Source of the DNA: Pristiophorus japonicus
Taxonomy: Eukaryota
Length of the DNA stretch: 64,000 nucleotides
Direction: 5' to 3'
Assembly: GCF_044704955.1 (NCBI RefSeq)
Contig: NC_091994.1
Span: 90,396,001 to 90,460,000, forward strand
The notes below the pieces were generated by a model, which was not told where the DNA came from, did not search any database, and saw only the letters and a program-made list of their open reading frames with translations. Numbering within the stretch: the stretch's first letter is position 1; the number at the start of each line of letters is the position of its first letter. This document shows, in pieces, positions 51,929-64,000 of the stretch. The translations under genes were made by a program, and so were the position numbers.

Positions 51929-53094
51929 CATAGAACCATAGAAATTTACAGCACGGAAGGAGGCCATTCGGCCCATCGTGACCGTGCCGGCCGACAAAGA
52001 GCTATCCAGCTTAATCCCACTTTCCAGCTCTTGGTCTGTAGCCCTGTAGGTTACGGCACTTCAGGTGCACATCCAGGTACTTTTTAAATGTGGTGAGGGT
52101 TTCTGCCTCTACCATCCTTTGAGGCAGTGAGTTCCAGAGCCCCACCAACCTCTGGGTGAAGACATTTCCCCTCAAAATTATGCCCCTTGTTTCTTGACCC
52201 CTCTGCTAAGGGAAATAGGTCCGTCCTTTCCACTTTATCTAGGCCCCTCATAATTTTATACACCTCAATAAGGTCTTCCCTCAGCCTCCTCTGTTCCAAA
52301 GAAAACAAACCCAGCCTATCCAATCTTTTCTCATAGCTAAAATTCTCTAGTCCAGGCATCCTTGGAAGTCTCCTCTGTACCCTCTCTAGTGCAATCACAT
52401 CTTTCCTGTAATGTAGTGACCAGAACTGCATGCAGTACTCTAGCTGTAGCCTAACTAGTGTTTTATACAGTTCAAGCATAACTTCCCTACTCTTGTATTC
52501 TATGCCACGGCGAATAAAGGCAAGTATTCTGCCTGCCTGGCTTCTTAACCACCTTATTTACCTTCAGGGATCTGTGGACATGCACTCCAAGGTCCCTCTG
52601 TTCCTCTACATTTCTCAGTCTCCTACCATTTAATGTGTGTATTCCCTTGCCTTGTTAGCCCTCCCCAAATGCATTATCTCACAGTTCTTCAGATTGAATT
52701 CCATTTGCCACTCTTCTGTCCACCTGCCCAGTTCATTGATACCTTCCTGCAGTCTATAGGTTATTCATTATCAACCACACAGCTGATTTTAGTATCATCT
52801 GCAAACTTATTAATCATACCCCCTACATTTAAGTCTAAATCATTGATATATACCACAAAAAGCAAGGGAGCCCTGCAGAACCCCACTGGAAACAATCTTC
52901 CAGTCACAAAAACACCCATCAACCATTACCCTCAGTTTCCTGCCTCTGAGACAATTTTGGATACAACTTGCCACTTTGCCCTGGTTCCCATAGGCTCTTG
53001 CTTTCATGACCAGTCTGCCATGTAGGATCTTATCAAAAGCCTTGCTAAAATCCAAATACACTACATCATACGCACTGCCCTTATCGACCCTCCT
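51929..53094 (-). mobile_element. Older CR1 3' fragment, third subfamily
   Basis: YLDFSKAFDK, LYKTLVRLQLEYC; tail (CATAGAA)n. Confidence 0.92.
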
Positions 53095-53129
53095 TTGCAT
53101 TACAATGAGCTGCTGGTTCATTTCAGGTT

Positions 53130-53470
53130 GACATTGAACGATGCGTGGCGGCTCTGAGCAACCGAGGGCACACATTATCAGGGCGCATAATGGAAATCAG
53201 GGAATCTATAAAACAGAGTGGAAAAATATCCGTCACTCATTCTTCTCAAAGGTAGACACTTCTCTAAATCCGCTTCTTTATTCCTCATTTTGGGACGTCC
53301 AGCGGCAACAGACAAAAAATAACACTGGAACTGCGCAAGTGCAACTGCTTCCGGTTTGTTGGCAGCAGTCACGTCCAAATGGTCATTGTAATGCATTGTT
53401 ACAAGATCTGACTACATCCTATTGCCTTAAACGATCTGGCGAGGTTAGTTAACTTGTTCTGGCATTGAGT
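53130..53470 (-). promoter_or_regulatory. Candidate promoter of the minus-strand gene
   Basis: Unique, relatively CpG-retaining; RFX X-box-like GTTGCCGCTGGAC (53297-53309, minus); ETS core CCGGAAG (53348-53354, minus). Confidence 0.35.
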
Positions 53471-56400
53471 AGCCATGCGGAGGTTAACGGACACAAGCAA
53501 GGCTATCTTCTTTCACTGGATCTGGAGCATGCCTTTCATGGCCCTTCTTCCCTGGGTCCCTCTTTGTTTGATTACAGATTGCTGCCTCAAATGAAGAGTC
53601 TTTACAATTGTGGTCCTGATGCTCTGAAGAAGCAATACCCTCTAATGCTGCAGTGAGCAAAGTTGTTACACATACTGTTATGTCTTGAATAAAGAGTCAG
53701 ACTACATACTGCAAGCTCAAAGTAAATGTGACTGTTGTCCTTTATTACAGATCTCAGAGTGCCTCTCCAGCCTGTGAGGCCTCCTTATATACAGGTGCTC
53801 CCAAGGGATTGTGGGATCCCTTGGGACTCCAGGGGATAAGCCCTCTGGTGGTTAGACATGGTAATTACAGGTTTACATACATAACAACACTACCTCTCCA
53901 AAGTCAACAGTGTAACTATTTACAATGTGAGTCGATCTGAGGCCTTCCTTTCCCTGGTTGATCGTCTCGGTGCAAATGCTGGTGTTGGTGAGTTGTTTGT
54001 TAGGCCCTCGCTGGGCTGCTGCGCAGCTGGCCTTGTTAGACTGCTGGGGGTGGTGAGCCTTGCTGGGCTGCTGCAGGTGATGGGTTCTGCTTCATGGTCA
54101 ACCATTGGATAGGTTGTCACTTGTGTGTGTGTTGGAAGGTCAATAAAGGTCGAGTCTATTGTGGGTTGTTCTGGATAGTCCGTAAATCTGAGTTTGGTTC
54201 GGTCCAAGTGTTTTCTGCAGGTGAGTCCATTTGTAAGTTTGACCGCAAACACCCTACTCCCCTCTTTGGCCGAAACAGTGCCAGCAATCCACTAGGGACC
54301 TTGTCCATAGTTCAACACAAATACAGGATCATTTACTTCAATTTCACATGACACATTTGCGCGATCATGCTATGTATTCTGTTGAAGCCGCCTGCTCTCT
54401 ACCTGTTCGTGTAGATCAGGGTGGACTAACGAGAACCTTGTCTTAAGTGCCCTTTTCATGAGCAGTTCAGCGGGAGGGACCCCGGTGAGTGAGTGGGGTC
54501 TTGTGCGGTACTCGGCAGGACTCGGAATAAACGAGTCTGCAGTGAGCCTTCAGTTACTCTTTTCAAGCTCTGCTTGATTGTTTGAACTGCTCGTTCTGCC
54601 TGACCGTTGGACGCTGGCTTAAACGGGGCAGACGTGACATGTTTGACCCCATTGCGGGTCATGAATTTCTTGAATTCAGCACTGGTAAAGCACGGCCCAT
54701 TGTCACTTACAAGGACATCAGGCAGGCCGTGCATGGCAAACATGGCCCGTAGGCTTTCAATGGTGGCAGCAGACGTGCTTGCCGACATTATCACACATTC
54801 ACTCCATTTGGAGTACACATCTACAGCCACTAAAAACATTTTCCCAAGAATGGGCCTGCATAGTTGACATGAATCCTAGACCACGGTTTGAAGGGCCAAG
54901 ACCATAAACTTAGTGGCGCCTCCCTCGGTGCATTGCTTAACTGGGAACATGTATTACATTTGTGCACGCAGAACTCTAAGTCTGCATCGATACTGGGCCA
55001 CCACACGTCAGATCTGGCTATCACTTTCATCATTACAATGCCTGGGTGGGTACTGTGGAGATCACTAATGAAAGTGTCCCTGCCCTTTTTTTGGCACAAC
55101 TACCTGATTGCCCCATAGGAGGCTGTCTGCCTGTACAGACATTTCATCTTTGTGCCGCTGGTACAGCTTTATTTCTTCCTGCATCTCTAATGGAACACTG
55201 GACCAACCCCTGTGGAGCACGTGTTTTTTTTTTACTAAGGACAGTAAGGGGTCCTGGCTCATCCGGGTTCTAATCTGTCGGGCGGTAACGGGTGATTGCT
55301 CACTTTCGAATGCTTCCATTACCATAACTAAGTCTGCGGGCTGTGCCATCTCCACCCCGGTGGTGGGCAATGGCAGCTTACTGAGAGTATTGGCAGTTTT
55401 CTGTGCCTGACCTGTGGCGGATGGCGTAGTTGTATGCGGGCCGATGCATTTGTATTTATCCCCTTATTTTCAGAAAAGATGGATATAAGCGGCTTATGGT
55501 TGGTTTCCAATTCAAATTTGAGCCCGAACAGATATTGATGCATTTTCTTTACCCCATAGACACACGCTAACACTTCTTTTTCGATCATACTGTAGGCCCT
55601 CTCGGCCTTAGACAGACTTCTGGATGCATAAGCAACCGGTTGCAATTTCCCAAATTCATTAGCTTGTTGCAATACACACCCGACCCTGTACGACAACGCA
55701 TCACATGCTAGTACCAAACGTTTACATGGATCGTTTAAGCAATTTGTTTGAACATAACAGCTTCCTAGCTTTCTCAAAGGCATTTTCTTGGCTTTTACCC
55801 CATACCCATTCATCTCCTTTATGCAGTAAAGAGTGCAGCGGTTCTAACAAAGTGCTAAGACCCGGTAAGAAGTTACCAAAATAGTTCAGGAGACCTAGAA
55901 CCGACCACAGCTCCGTCACGTTCTGTGGCCTCGGTGCGTTCTCGATTGCCTCCGTCTTCGAATCGGTGGGCCTGATGCCGTCCGCCATGATACTTCTCCC
56001 CAGGAACTCCACTTCAGGCGCTAGGAAAAAGCACTTCGAGCGTTTTAGCCTGAGCCCCACACGATTGATTGACTAAGAACCTCCTCCAGGTTCTGCAGGT
56101 GCTCGACGGTGTCCCGACCTGTAACCAAGATGTCGTCCTGGAAGACCATGGTGCGTGGGACCGACTTCAGTAAGCTTTCCATGTTCCTCTGGAATATCGC
56201 CGTGGCTGATCGAATCCCAAACGGGAATCTGTTGTAAATGAAGAGACCTTTGTGCATGTTGATGCAGGTGAGGCCTCTCGAGGATTCCTCCAGCTCCTGC
56301 ATCATGTAGGCCGAGGTCAAGTCCAGCTTCGTGAATGATTTCCCTCCCGCCAGCATCGCAAATAAGTCGTCTGCCTTTGGTAGCAGGTATTGATCCTGCA

Positions 56401-57431
56401 GCGAAAAACAATTGAGAGTTACTTTGTAATCACCACAGATTCTGATGGTGCCGTCTCCCTTGAGGACTGGAACGATCGGATTGGCCCACTCATTGAATTC
56501 GATCAGCGAAATGATGCCCTCTCGTTGCAGCCTGTCCAGCTTGATCTCCACCCTCTCTCCCATCATGTAAGGTACCGCTCTCACCTTGTGATGGATGGGT
56601 CATGCCCCCAGAATCAAATGGATCTGCACCTTTGCTCCTTGGAACTTCCCGATGCCTGGTTCGAACAACGAGGGGAACTTGCTTAGGACCTGGGCATATG
56701 AGGTGTCGTCGACGGACGAAAGCGCTCGGACGTCGTCCCAGTTCCAGCGTACCTTTCCCAGCCAGTTCCTGCTGAACAGCATGGGCCATTGCCCGGTGCC
56801 ACCCAAAGTGGTAAATCGTGCACCGCTCCATCGTAGGAGACCTTTACGGTAGCAGTGCCAATTATGGGAATCAGTTCCTTTGTGTAAGTTCTAAGTTTGG
56901 TGCGAATGGGACTCAGGACTGGCCTTGAAGCCTTGTTGCACCACAACTTATCAAAAGTCTTTTTACTCATTATGGACTGGCTTGCGCCCGTGTCCAGCTT
57001 CATGGACACCGGGAGTCCATTTAATTCAACCTTCAGCATTATCGGGGACACTTTGTGGTAAATGTGTGCACCCCATATACCTCTGCTTCCTTGGTCTGAG
57101 GCTTTGGTTTGTCATGAGAGGCAGCGGCCTATAAAGGCTCAGCAGTCGGGCAGTCCGGGGAGCGACGAGAGAGGCGGGAGTTGGCGAGAGGCAGCGGCCT
57201 ACAAAGGCTCAGCAGTCGGGCAGTCCGGGGAGAGAGGCGGGGCTTGTACAGCTCCAGCTGGGAGAGAAGGCAAAAAAGAAGTAGAAAGAAATCAAAAGGT
57301 GACGTCACAGCCAAGGGGGTAAGTGATTGGCTGGTGATTGGTGAGTAGATTTTCTTTTTCTTTCTTTTTTATATCAGTCAGTAACCTTTAACAATGTTGT
57401 TGCCAATTTAAGTGTTTCTAAGGGTTAAGTC

Positions 57432-58375
57432 ATGGCAGGGGAGCTCGGTCACGTGATATGCTCCTCCTGTACCATGTGGGAACTCGGGGACACTTCCGGT
57501 GTCCCTGACTACATCTGCAGGAAGTGTATCCGCCTCCAGCTCCTGACGGACCACGTTGCGGAGTTGGAGCTGAGGGTGGATTCACTCTGGAGCATCCACG
57601 ATGCTGAGAATGATGTGAGTAGCACGTGTAACGAGTTGGTCTTACCGCAGGAGAAGGGTCCACAGCCAGCTAGGGAATGGAAGACCAGCAGGAAGAGCAG
57701 TGCAAGGAAGGTAGTGCAGGGGTCCCCTGTGGTCATCCCCCTGCAAAACAGTTACACTGCTTTGAGTACTGTTGAGGGGGATGACTCATCAGGAGAGGGC
57801 AGCAGCAGCCAAGTTCATGGCACGTGGCTGGCTCTGTTGCATAGGAGGGCAGGAAAAAGAGTGGGAGAGCGAAAGTGAAAGGGGATTCAATTGTAAGGGG
57901 AATAGATAGGCGTTTCTGCGGCTGCAACCGAGACTCCAGGATGGTATGTTGCCTCCCTGGTGCAAGGGTCAAGGATGTCTCAGAGCGGGTGCAGGACATT
58001 CTAAAAAGGGAGGGAGAACAGCCAGTTGTCGTGGTGCACATTGGTACCAACGACATCGGTAAAAAAAGGGATGAGGTCCTACGAAACGAATTTAAGGAGC
58101 TAGGAGCTAAATTAAAAAGTAGGATCTCAAAAGTAGTAATCTCTGGATTGCTACCAGTGCCACGTGCTAGTCAGAGTAGGAATCGCAGGATAGCGCAGAT
58201 GAATACGTGGCTTGAGCAGTGGTGCAGCAGGGAGGGATTCAAATTCCTGGGGCATTGGAACCGGTTCTGGGGGAGGTGGGACCAGTACAAACTAGACGGT
58301 CTGCACCTGGGCAGGACCGGAACCAATGTCCTAGGGGGAGTGTTTGCTAGTGCTGTTGGGGAGGAGTTAAACTAA
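57432..58375 (+). pseudogene. CR1 ORF1 (zinc finger, leucine zipper, SGNH esterase), frameshifted near 57820-57875
   Basis: CSSC...CRKC, heptad leucines, GDSIVRG, HIGTND, DGLHL. Confidence 0.9.
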
Positions 58376-58531
58376 TATGGCAGGGGGATGGGAACCAATG
58401 CAGGGAGACAGAGGGAAACAAAAAGGAGACAAAAGCAAAAGACAGAAAGGAGATGAGGAAAAGTGGAGGGCAGAGAAACCCAAGGCAAAGAACAAAAAGG
58501 GCCACTGTACAGCAAAATTCTAAAAGGACAA

Positions 58532-61500
58532 ATGGTGTTAAAAAAAACAAGCCTGAAGGCTTTGTGTCTTAATGCAAGGAGTATCCGTAATAAGGTGGAT
58601 GAATTAACTGTGCAAATAGAAGTTAACAAATATGATGTGATTGGGATTACAGAGACGTGGCTCCAGGATGATCAGGGCTGGGAACTCAACATCCAGGGGT
58701 ATTCAACATTCAGGAAGGATAGAATAAAAGGAAAAGGAGGTGGGGTAGCATTGCTGGTTAAAGAGGGGGTTAATGCAATAGTTAGGAAGGACATTAGCTT
58801 GGATGATGTGGAATCTATATGGGTAGAGCTGCAGAACACCAAAGGGCAAAAAACATTAGTGGGAGTTGTGTACAGACCTCCAAACAGTAGTAGTGATATT
58901 GGGGAGGGCATCAAACAGGAAATTAGGGGTGCATGCAATAAAGGTGCAGCAGTTATCATGGGTGAATTTAATATGCATATAGATTGGGCTAACCAAACTG
59001 GAAGCAATACGGTGGAGGAGGATTTCCTGGAGTGCATAAGGGATGGTTTTCTAGACCAATATGTCGAGGAAACAACTAGGGGGGAGACCATCTTAGACTG
59101 GGTGTTGTGTAATGAGAGAGGATTAATTAGCAATCTCATTGTGCGAGGCCCCTTGGGGAAGAGTGACCATAATATGGTGGAATTCTACATTAGGATGGAG
59201 AATGAAACAGTTAATTCAGAGACCATGGTCCAGAATTTAAATAAGGGTAACTTTGAAGGTATGAGGCGTGAATTGTCTAGGATAGATTGGCGAATGATAT
59301 TTAAGGGGTTGACAGTGGATGGGCAATGGCAGACATTTAGAGACCGCATGGATGAACTACAACAATTGTACATCCCTGTCAGGTGTAAAAATAAAAAAGG
59401 GAAGGTGGCTCAACCATGGCTTTCAAGGGAAATCAGGGATAGTATTAAAGCCAAGGAAGTGGCATACAAATTGGCCAGAAATAGCAGCGAACCCGGTGAC
59501 TGGGAGAAATTTAGAACTCCGCAGAGGAGGACAAAGGGTTTGATTAGGGCAGGGAAAATGGAGTACAAGAAGAAGCTTGCAGGGAACATTAAGACGGACT
59601 GCAAAAGCTTCTATAGATATGTAAAGAGAAAAAGGTTAGTAAAGACAAACGTAGATCCCCTGCAGTCAGAATCAGGGGAAGACATAACAGGGAACAAAGA
59701 AGTGGCAGACCAATTGAACAAGTACTTTGGTTCGGCATTCACTAAGGAGGACACAAACAACCTTCCGGATATAAAAGGGTTCAGAGGGTCTAGTAAGAAG
59801 GAGGAACTGAGGGAAATCCTTGTTAGTCGGGAAATTATGTTGGGGAAATTGATGGGATTGAAGGCCGATAAATCCCCAGGGCCTGATGGTCTGCATCCCA
59901 GAGTACTTAAGGAGGTGGCCTTGGAAATAGCGGATGCATTGACAGTAATTTTCCAACATTCCATAGACTCTAAATCAGTTCCTATGGAGTGGAGGGTAGC
60001 CAATGTAACCCCACTTTTTAAAAAAGGAGGGAGAGAGAAAACAGGGAATTATGGACCGGTCAGCCTGACATCGGTAGTGGGTAAAATGATGGAATCAATT
60101 ATTAAGGATGTCATAGCAGTGCATTTGGAAAGAGGTGACATGATAGGTCCAAGTCAGCATGGATTTGTGAAAGGGAAATCATGCTTGACAAACCTTCTTG
60201 AATTTTTTGAGGATGTTTCCAGTAGAGTGGACAAGGGAGAACCAGTTGATGTGGTGTTTTGGGACTTTCAGAAGGCTTTCGACAAGGTCCCACACAAGAG
60301 ATTAATGTGCAAAGTTAAAGCACATGGGACTGGGGTGTAAGGGGTGGCTTGCAGGGGGTCAGCTTTCCCTTCTGACCTTATATGAGCGGTTCCGAATCGC
60401 TCCCACACCCTTGGTTCTAGACACTGGAATTATGAAGGGACTGTGACAGACTTGGACAGACAATCGGTTTCAAGGTAGGAAGCAGGTATGGCTTTATTGT
60501 GTTTGCAAAGAAGTAAAAGGCACACCTTTAATAACACACACAGACCAATACACACTGAAGAGTACAACACATTGAATAAATTGTCCAAATACAGTCTGTG
60601 GGGAAAAGAATACAGCTTAAACTCTAAATGGGGTAAAAAGGCGAATGCAGATACATTTACACGAGTTATCCCAGCCTCCCTCCTCCCAATTCCCCTAACT
60701 AACGAAGTTATAGCTCTGGGGGGTTCAGGGGCTATGCTCACCAATCCCTTTAGACAGTTGCCGGTGAATCACGGTTTCGGGGTTAGCTGCACTTGGCCTT
60801 CTAGGTGAGCCGTACCCCGGACGGAGAAGAGGACTTCGGACTGCGTAGTCTTCGGTTGGGGTGCGTCCGTTGATGCGCTAAGTTGCGTTTTGAATGTATG
60901 GAGTAAATACCCACTTTCTTTGGTTAGGAATAGATTTAGTTAGTCCTTTTTGGTAATTTCTCACCCGTTGGTCGTTCCGAAGTAGATTGTAGAGTGGAAA
61001 TAAATGTCGATTCTTTGGTTTTTGCTGAGTTGGTTTTGGTTGGTCGTTTTGCTGGTTGTGGTGGCCTGGGTTGTCAATTTGGTTGCTGACAACCTTCCAT
61101 TTCGTGGGCCTCGTGCTCAGTCAGTTCTTGATGAGTTCTAGTAGTTTCCTTCACTGCTCCATTTCTTCACTCCCCAGCTCCAGCTGCTTGTGTCTGTGTC
61201 TGTGTTCCAGTCTGTGTGCTGCTCCTTGCTGGTCTCTCCTTGTAAAACTGTGGGATAGATATATTCAAAAAAAAAGGCTCCGTTATCTCCCATCAAATCT
61301 CTTGGGCTCTGTTTAAACTGTACTGTCCACTGATTTTCAAATGTCTCCTTTGTCAGCTGTAACTCGATTAGGGTGTGAGAATGTGCTATCACTGGTTTTG
61401 CATTGTTTTAGAATTGTCCAGTTTCTTGACCATGATTTCCATTGTGCTTGATTGGGTAATTCGATTATCTCTTAGAGGGTAAATAGTTCCCCCAGACAGT

Positions 61501-62867
61501 CTGGGGTCTTTAATACACGAATTTGCTTCAGACGTTGGCTCCATCTCCTGTATTTGGTAACTCTTTTTCGCAGCCAAAATGTTGTAGAATCTTAAAATTG
61601 ATATGCTCCTTCCCAGAGATGTTTAGGGGATCTCAAGCTTCTGTAATTTAGGTCCATTTTGAATTCCCTTTCCTATGAGTCCAAACACTGGGGGGGGGGT
61701 CTCCATGAATGCATCCCCTTTTATCCCCCGCAGGCTTTGCCTGCCCCTTTAAACTCATTTTAAAAGCCCAGAAAGGGATTCTTCTCCTCTGTAGAGGAAA
61801 AGTACCTAGAATCTTTGCGAGATATTGGTAAATTCTACAGGGGGTAGTGTGCTGACGTGGATTGAGAACTGGTTGGCAGACAGGAAGCAAAGAGTAGGAG
61901 TAAATGGGTACTTTTCAGAATGGCAGGCAGTGACTCGTGGGGTACCGCAAGGTTCTGTGCTGGGGCCCCAGCTGTTTACACTGTACATTAATGATTTAGA
62001 CGAGGGGATTAAATGTAGTATCTCCAAATTTGCGGATGACACTAAGTTGGGTTGCAGTGTGAGCTGCGAGGAGGATGCTATGAGGCTGTAGGGTGACTTG
62101 GATAGGTTAGGTGAGTGGGCAAATGCATGGTAGATGAAGTATAATGTGGATAAATGTGAGGTTATCCACTTTGGTGGTAAAAACAGAGAGACAGACTATT
62201 ATCTGAATGGTGACAGATTAGGAAAAGGGGAGGTGCAACGAGACCTGGGTGTCATGGTACATCAGTCATTGAAGGTTGGCATGCAGGTACAGCAGGCGGT
62301 TAAGAAAGCAAATGGCATGTTGGCCTTCATAGCGAGGGGATTTGAGTACAGGGGCAGGGAAGTGTTACTACAATTGTACAGGGCATTGTTGAGGCCACAC
62401 CTGGAGTATTGTGTACAGTTTTGGTCTCCTAACTTGAGGAAGGACATTCTTGCTATTGAGGGAATGCAGCTAAGGTTCACCAGACTGATTCCCGGGATGG
62501 CGGGACTGACATATGAAGAAAGATTGATCAACTGGGCTTGTATTCACTGGAGTTCAGAAGAATGAGAGGGGACCTCATAGAAATGTTTAAAATTCTGACG
62601 GGTTCAGATAGGTTAGATGTAGGAAGAATGTTCTTAATGTTGGGGAAGTCCAGAACCAGGGGTCACAGTCTAAGGATAAGGGGTAAGCCATTTAGGACCG
62701 AGATGAGGAGAAACTTCTTCACCCGGAGAGTGGTGAACCTGTGGAATTCTCTACCACAGAAAGTTGTTGAGGCCAATTCACTAAATATATTCAAAAAGGA
62801 GTTAGATATAGTCCTTACTACTAGGGGGATCAAGGGATATGGCGAGAAAGCAGGAATGGGGTACTGA
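58532..62867 (+). pseudogene. CR1 ORF2 (APE-RT) split by a solo LTR, with stops in the 3' half
   Basis: ORF 58463-60340 continues at 61840 as GSVLTWIENWL. Confidence 0.92.
60336..61839 (-). mobile_element. 1504-bp solo LTR
   Basis: TGTA...TACA termini; 4-bp duplication GGGG of the CR1 target; minus-strand AATAAA at 60493-60498; no convincing ORF. Confidence 0.85.
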
Positions 62868-64000
62868 AGTTTCATGTTCAGCCATGAACTCATTGAATGG
62901 CGGTGCTGGCTCGAAGGGCCGAATGGCCTACTCCTGCACCTATTTTCTATGTTTCTATGTTTCTACCGTGGATCTGTCCTCCTCTGCAACATGGTGTTTT
63001 GCAGGATTAGCAGGGTTTGCAGCTCGCCTGCACATGTGTTGGAGGTGTCCCTTTGTTCCAAGCCCTTGCAAGCGTATCCTTTGAAGCTGCATGAATGGGA
63101 TTGATGATCACCCCGAGCGCCAACAAGGTGTTAATTGCCTTGCATTCACCAGCCTTGATGCCGGACTCTGAGTCATCTGCGGACGTGCAGCTGCAGGCGT
63201 GTAAATCTGCCCTGTACATTTCGATTCGAAAACAACGTTACTTTGTTCACAGTACTTGCAGCAGCACTAGTGTGCTGGGAAATGTGTTTGGTATTGTCAC
63301 TGGTGACGATAAACGCCTGGGCTATCGCTATGGCTTTACTCAAGGTTGGGGTCTCTACAGTCAAAAGTTTGCGAAGTATTACCTCATGGCCAGTGCCAAG
63401 TACAAAGAAGTCCCTGAGCATGTACTCGAAGTGTCCTTCAAATTCACAATGTCCTGCCAGTCGCCTTAACTCGGCGACGTTGCTCGCCACTTCTTGGCCT
63501 TTAGACCTCTTGTACTTGTAGAACCGGTACCTTGCCATCAGAACGCTTTCCTTCGGGTTTAGATGCTCCTGGACCAGTGTACACAACTCATCGTATGACT
63601 TGTCTGTGGGTTTTGCTGGAGCGAGCAGGTTTTTCATGAGGCCATACGTTGATGCCCCGCAAATGGTGAGGAGGATCGCCATTCATTTGGCAGCATTCCC
63701 TTCTCCTTCCAGCTCGTTGGACTTGACCAATACTTCCAGCCACGAAGTATTGGTCAAGTCGCTCCATGAAGGTTTCCCTATCATCTCCCTCTAAAAATTT
63801 CTCCAGGATGCCCACAGTTCTCTGCATTGTTGCGGTGGGGTTTGTCATCTGTATCTCGTCGCCAGTTGTTATGTCTTGAATAAAGAGTCAGACTACATAC
63901 TGCAAGCTCAAAGTAAATGTGACCGTAGTCCTTTATTACAGATCTCAGAGTGCCTCTCCAGCCTGTGAGGCCTCTTTATATACAGGTGCTCCCAAGGGAT

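Larger units (their letters stand above)
57116..62964 (+). mobile_element. Full-length CR1 LINE inserted in element C (5' UTR, ORF1, ORF2, 3' tail)
   Basis: ORF1 and ORF2 in order, (TTTCTATG)n tail; Gypsy sequence resumes at 62965; no TSD visible. Confidence 0.96.
53676..64000 (-). mobile_element. Defective Gypsy LTR retrotransposon (different Mag-like family), copy C; 5' LTR runs out of the window
   Basis: Near-identical LTRs 53676-53886 and 63867->64000; PBS TGGCGACGAG (63855-63864); gag 62965-63848; LDTGA, FQDD, ACDA and SDNGPCF motifs at 54456-57051. Confidence 0.96.

Noticed and set aside
874-62893. Many antisense ORFs over CR1, RTE and Gypsy (e.g. 18463-19071, 38451-39143, 58672-59139)
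   Set aside because: Shadows of TE coding strands that recur in every copy

Overview
Vertebrate genomic DNA, most likely shark/elasmobranch (inferred from the repeat families: CR1 with (TTTCTATG)n tails, Deu-type tRNA SINEs with L2 tails, RTE, Tx1, Mag-clade Gypsy). Most of the window is transposable-element sequence. It holds three Mag-type Gypsy LTR retrotransposons (34059-41704 +, 46102-51470 +, 53676->64000 -), each interrupted by a CR1. One of those CR1s is full length and itself carries a 1504-bp solo LTR. A heavily deleted endogenous retrovirus (about 3068-7291, +) has an epsilon-like pol and an env remnant that looks like an F-type fusion protein rather than a gamma-type Env. No TE ORF is intact. 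In the unique gaps there is a probable first coding exon of CIMAP2/LEXM on the minus strand (51842-51891) with a candidate promoter upstream, plus a series of short, phase-compatible minus-strand candidate exons. All calls were made by eye without database searches; boundaries of old repeats are approximate.
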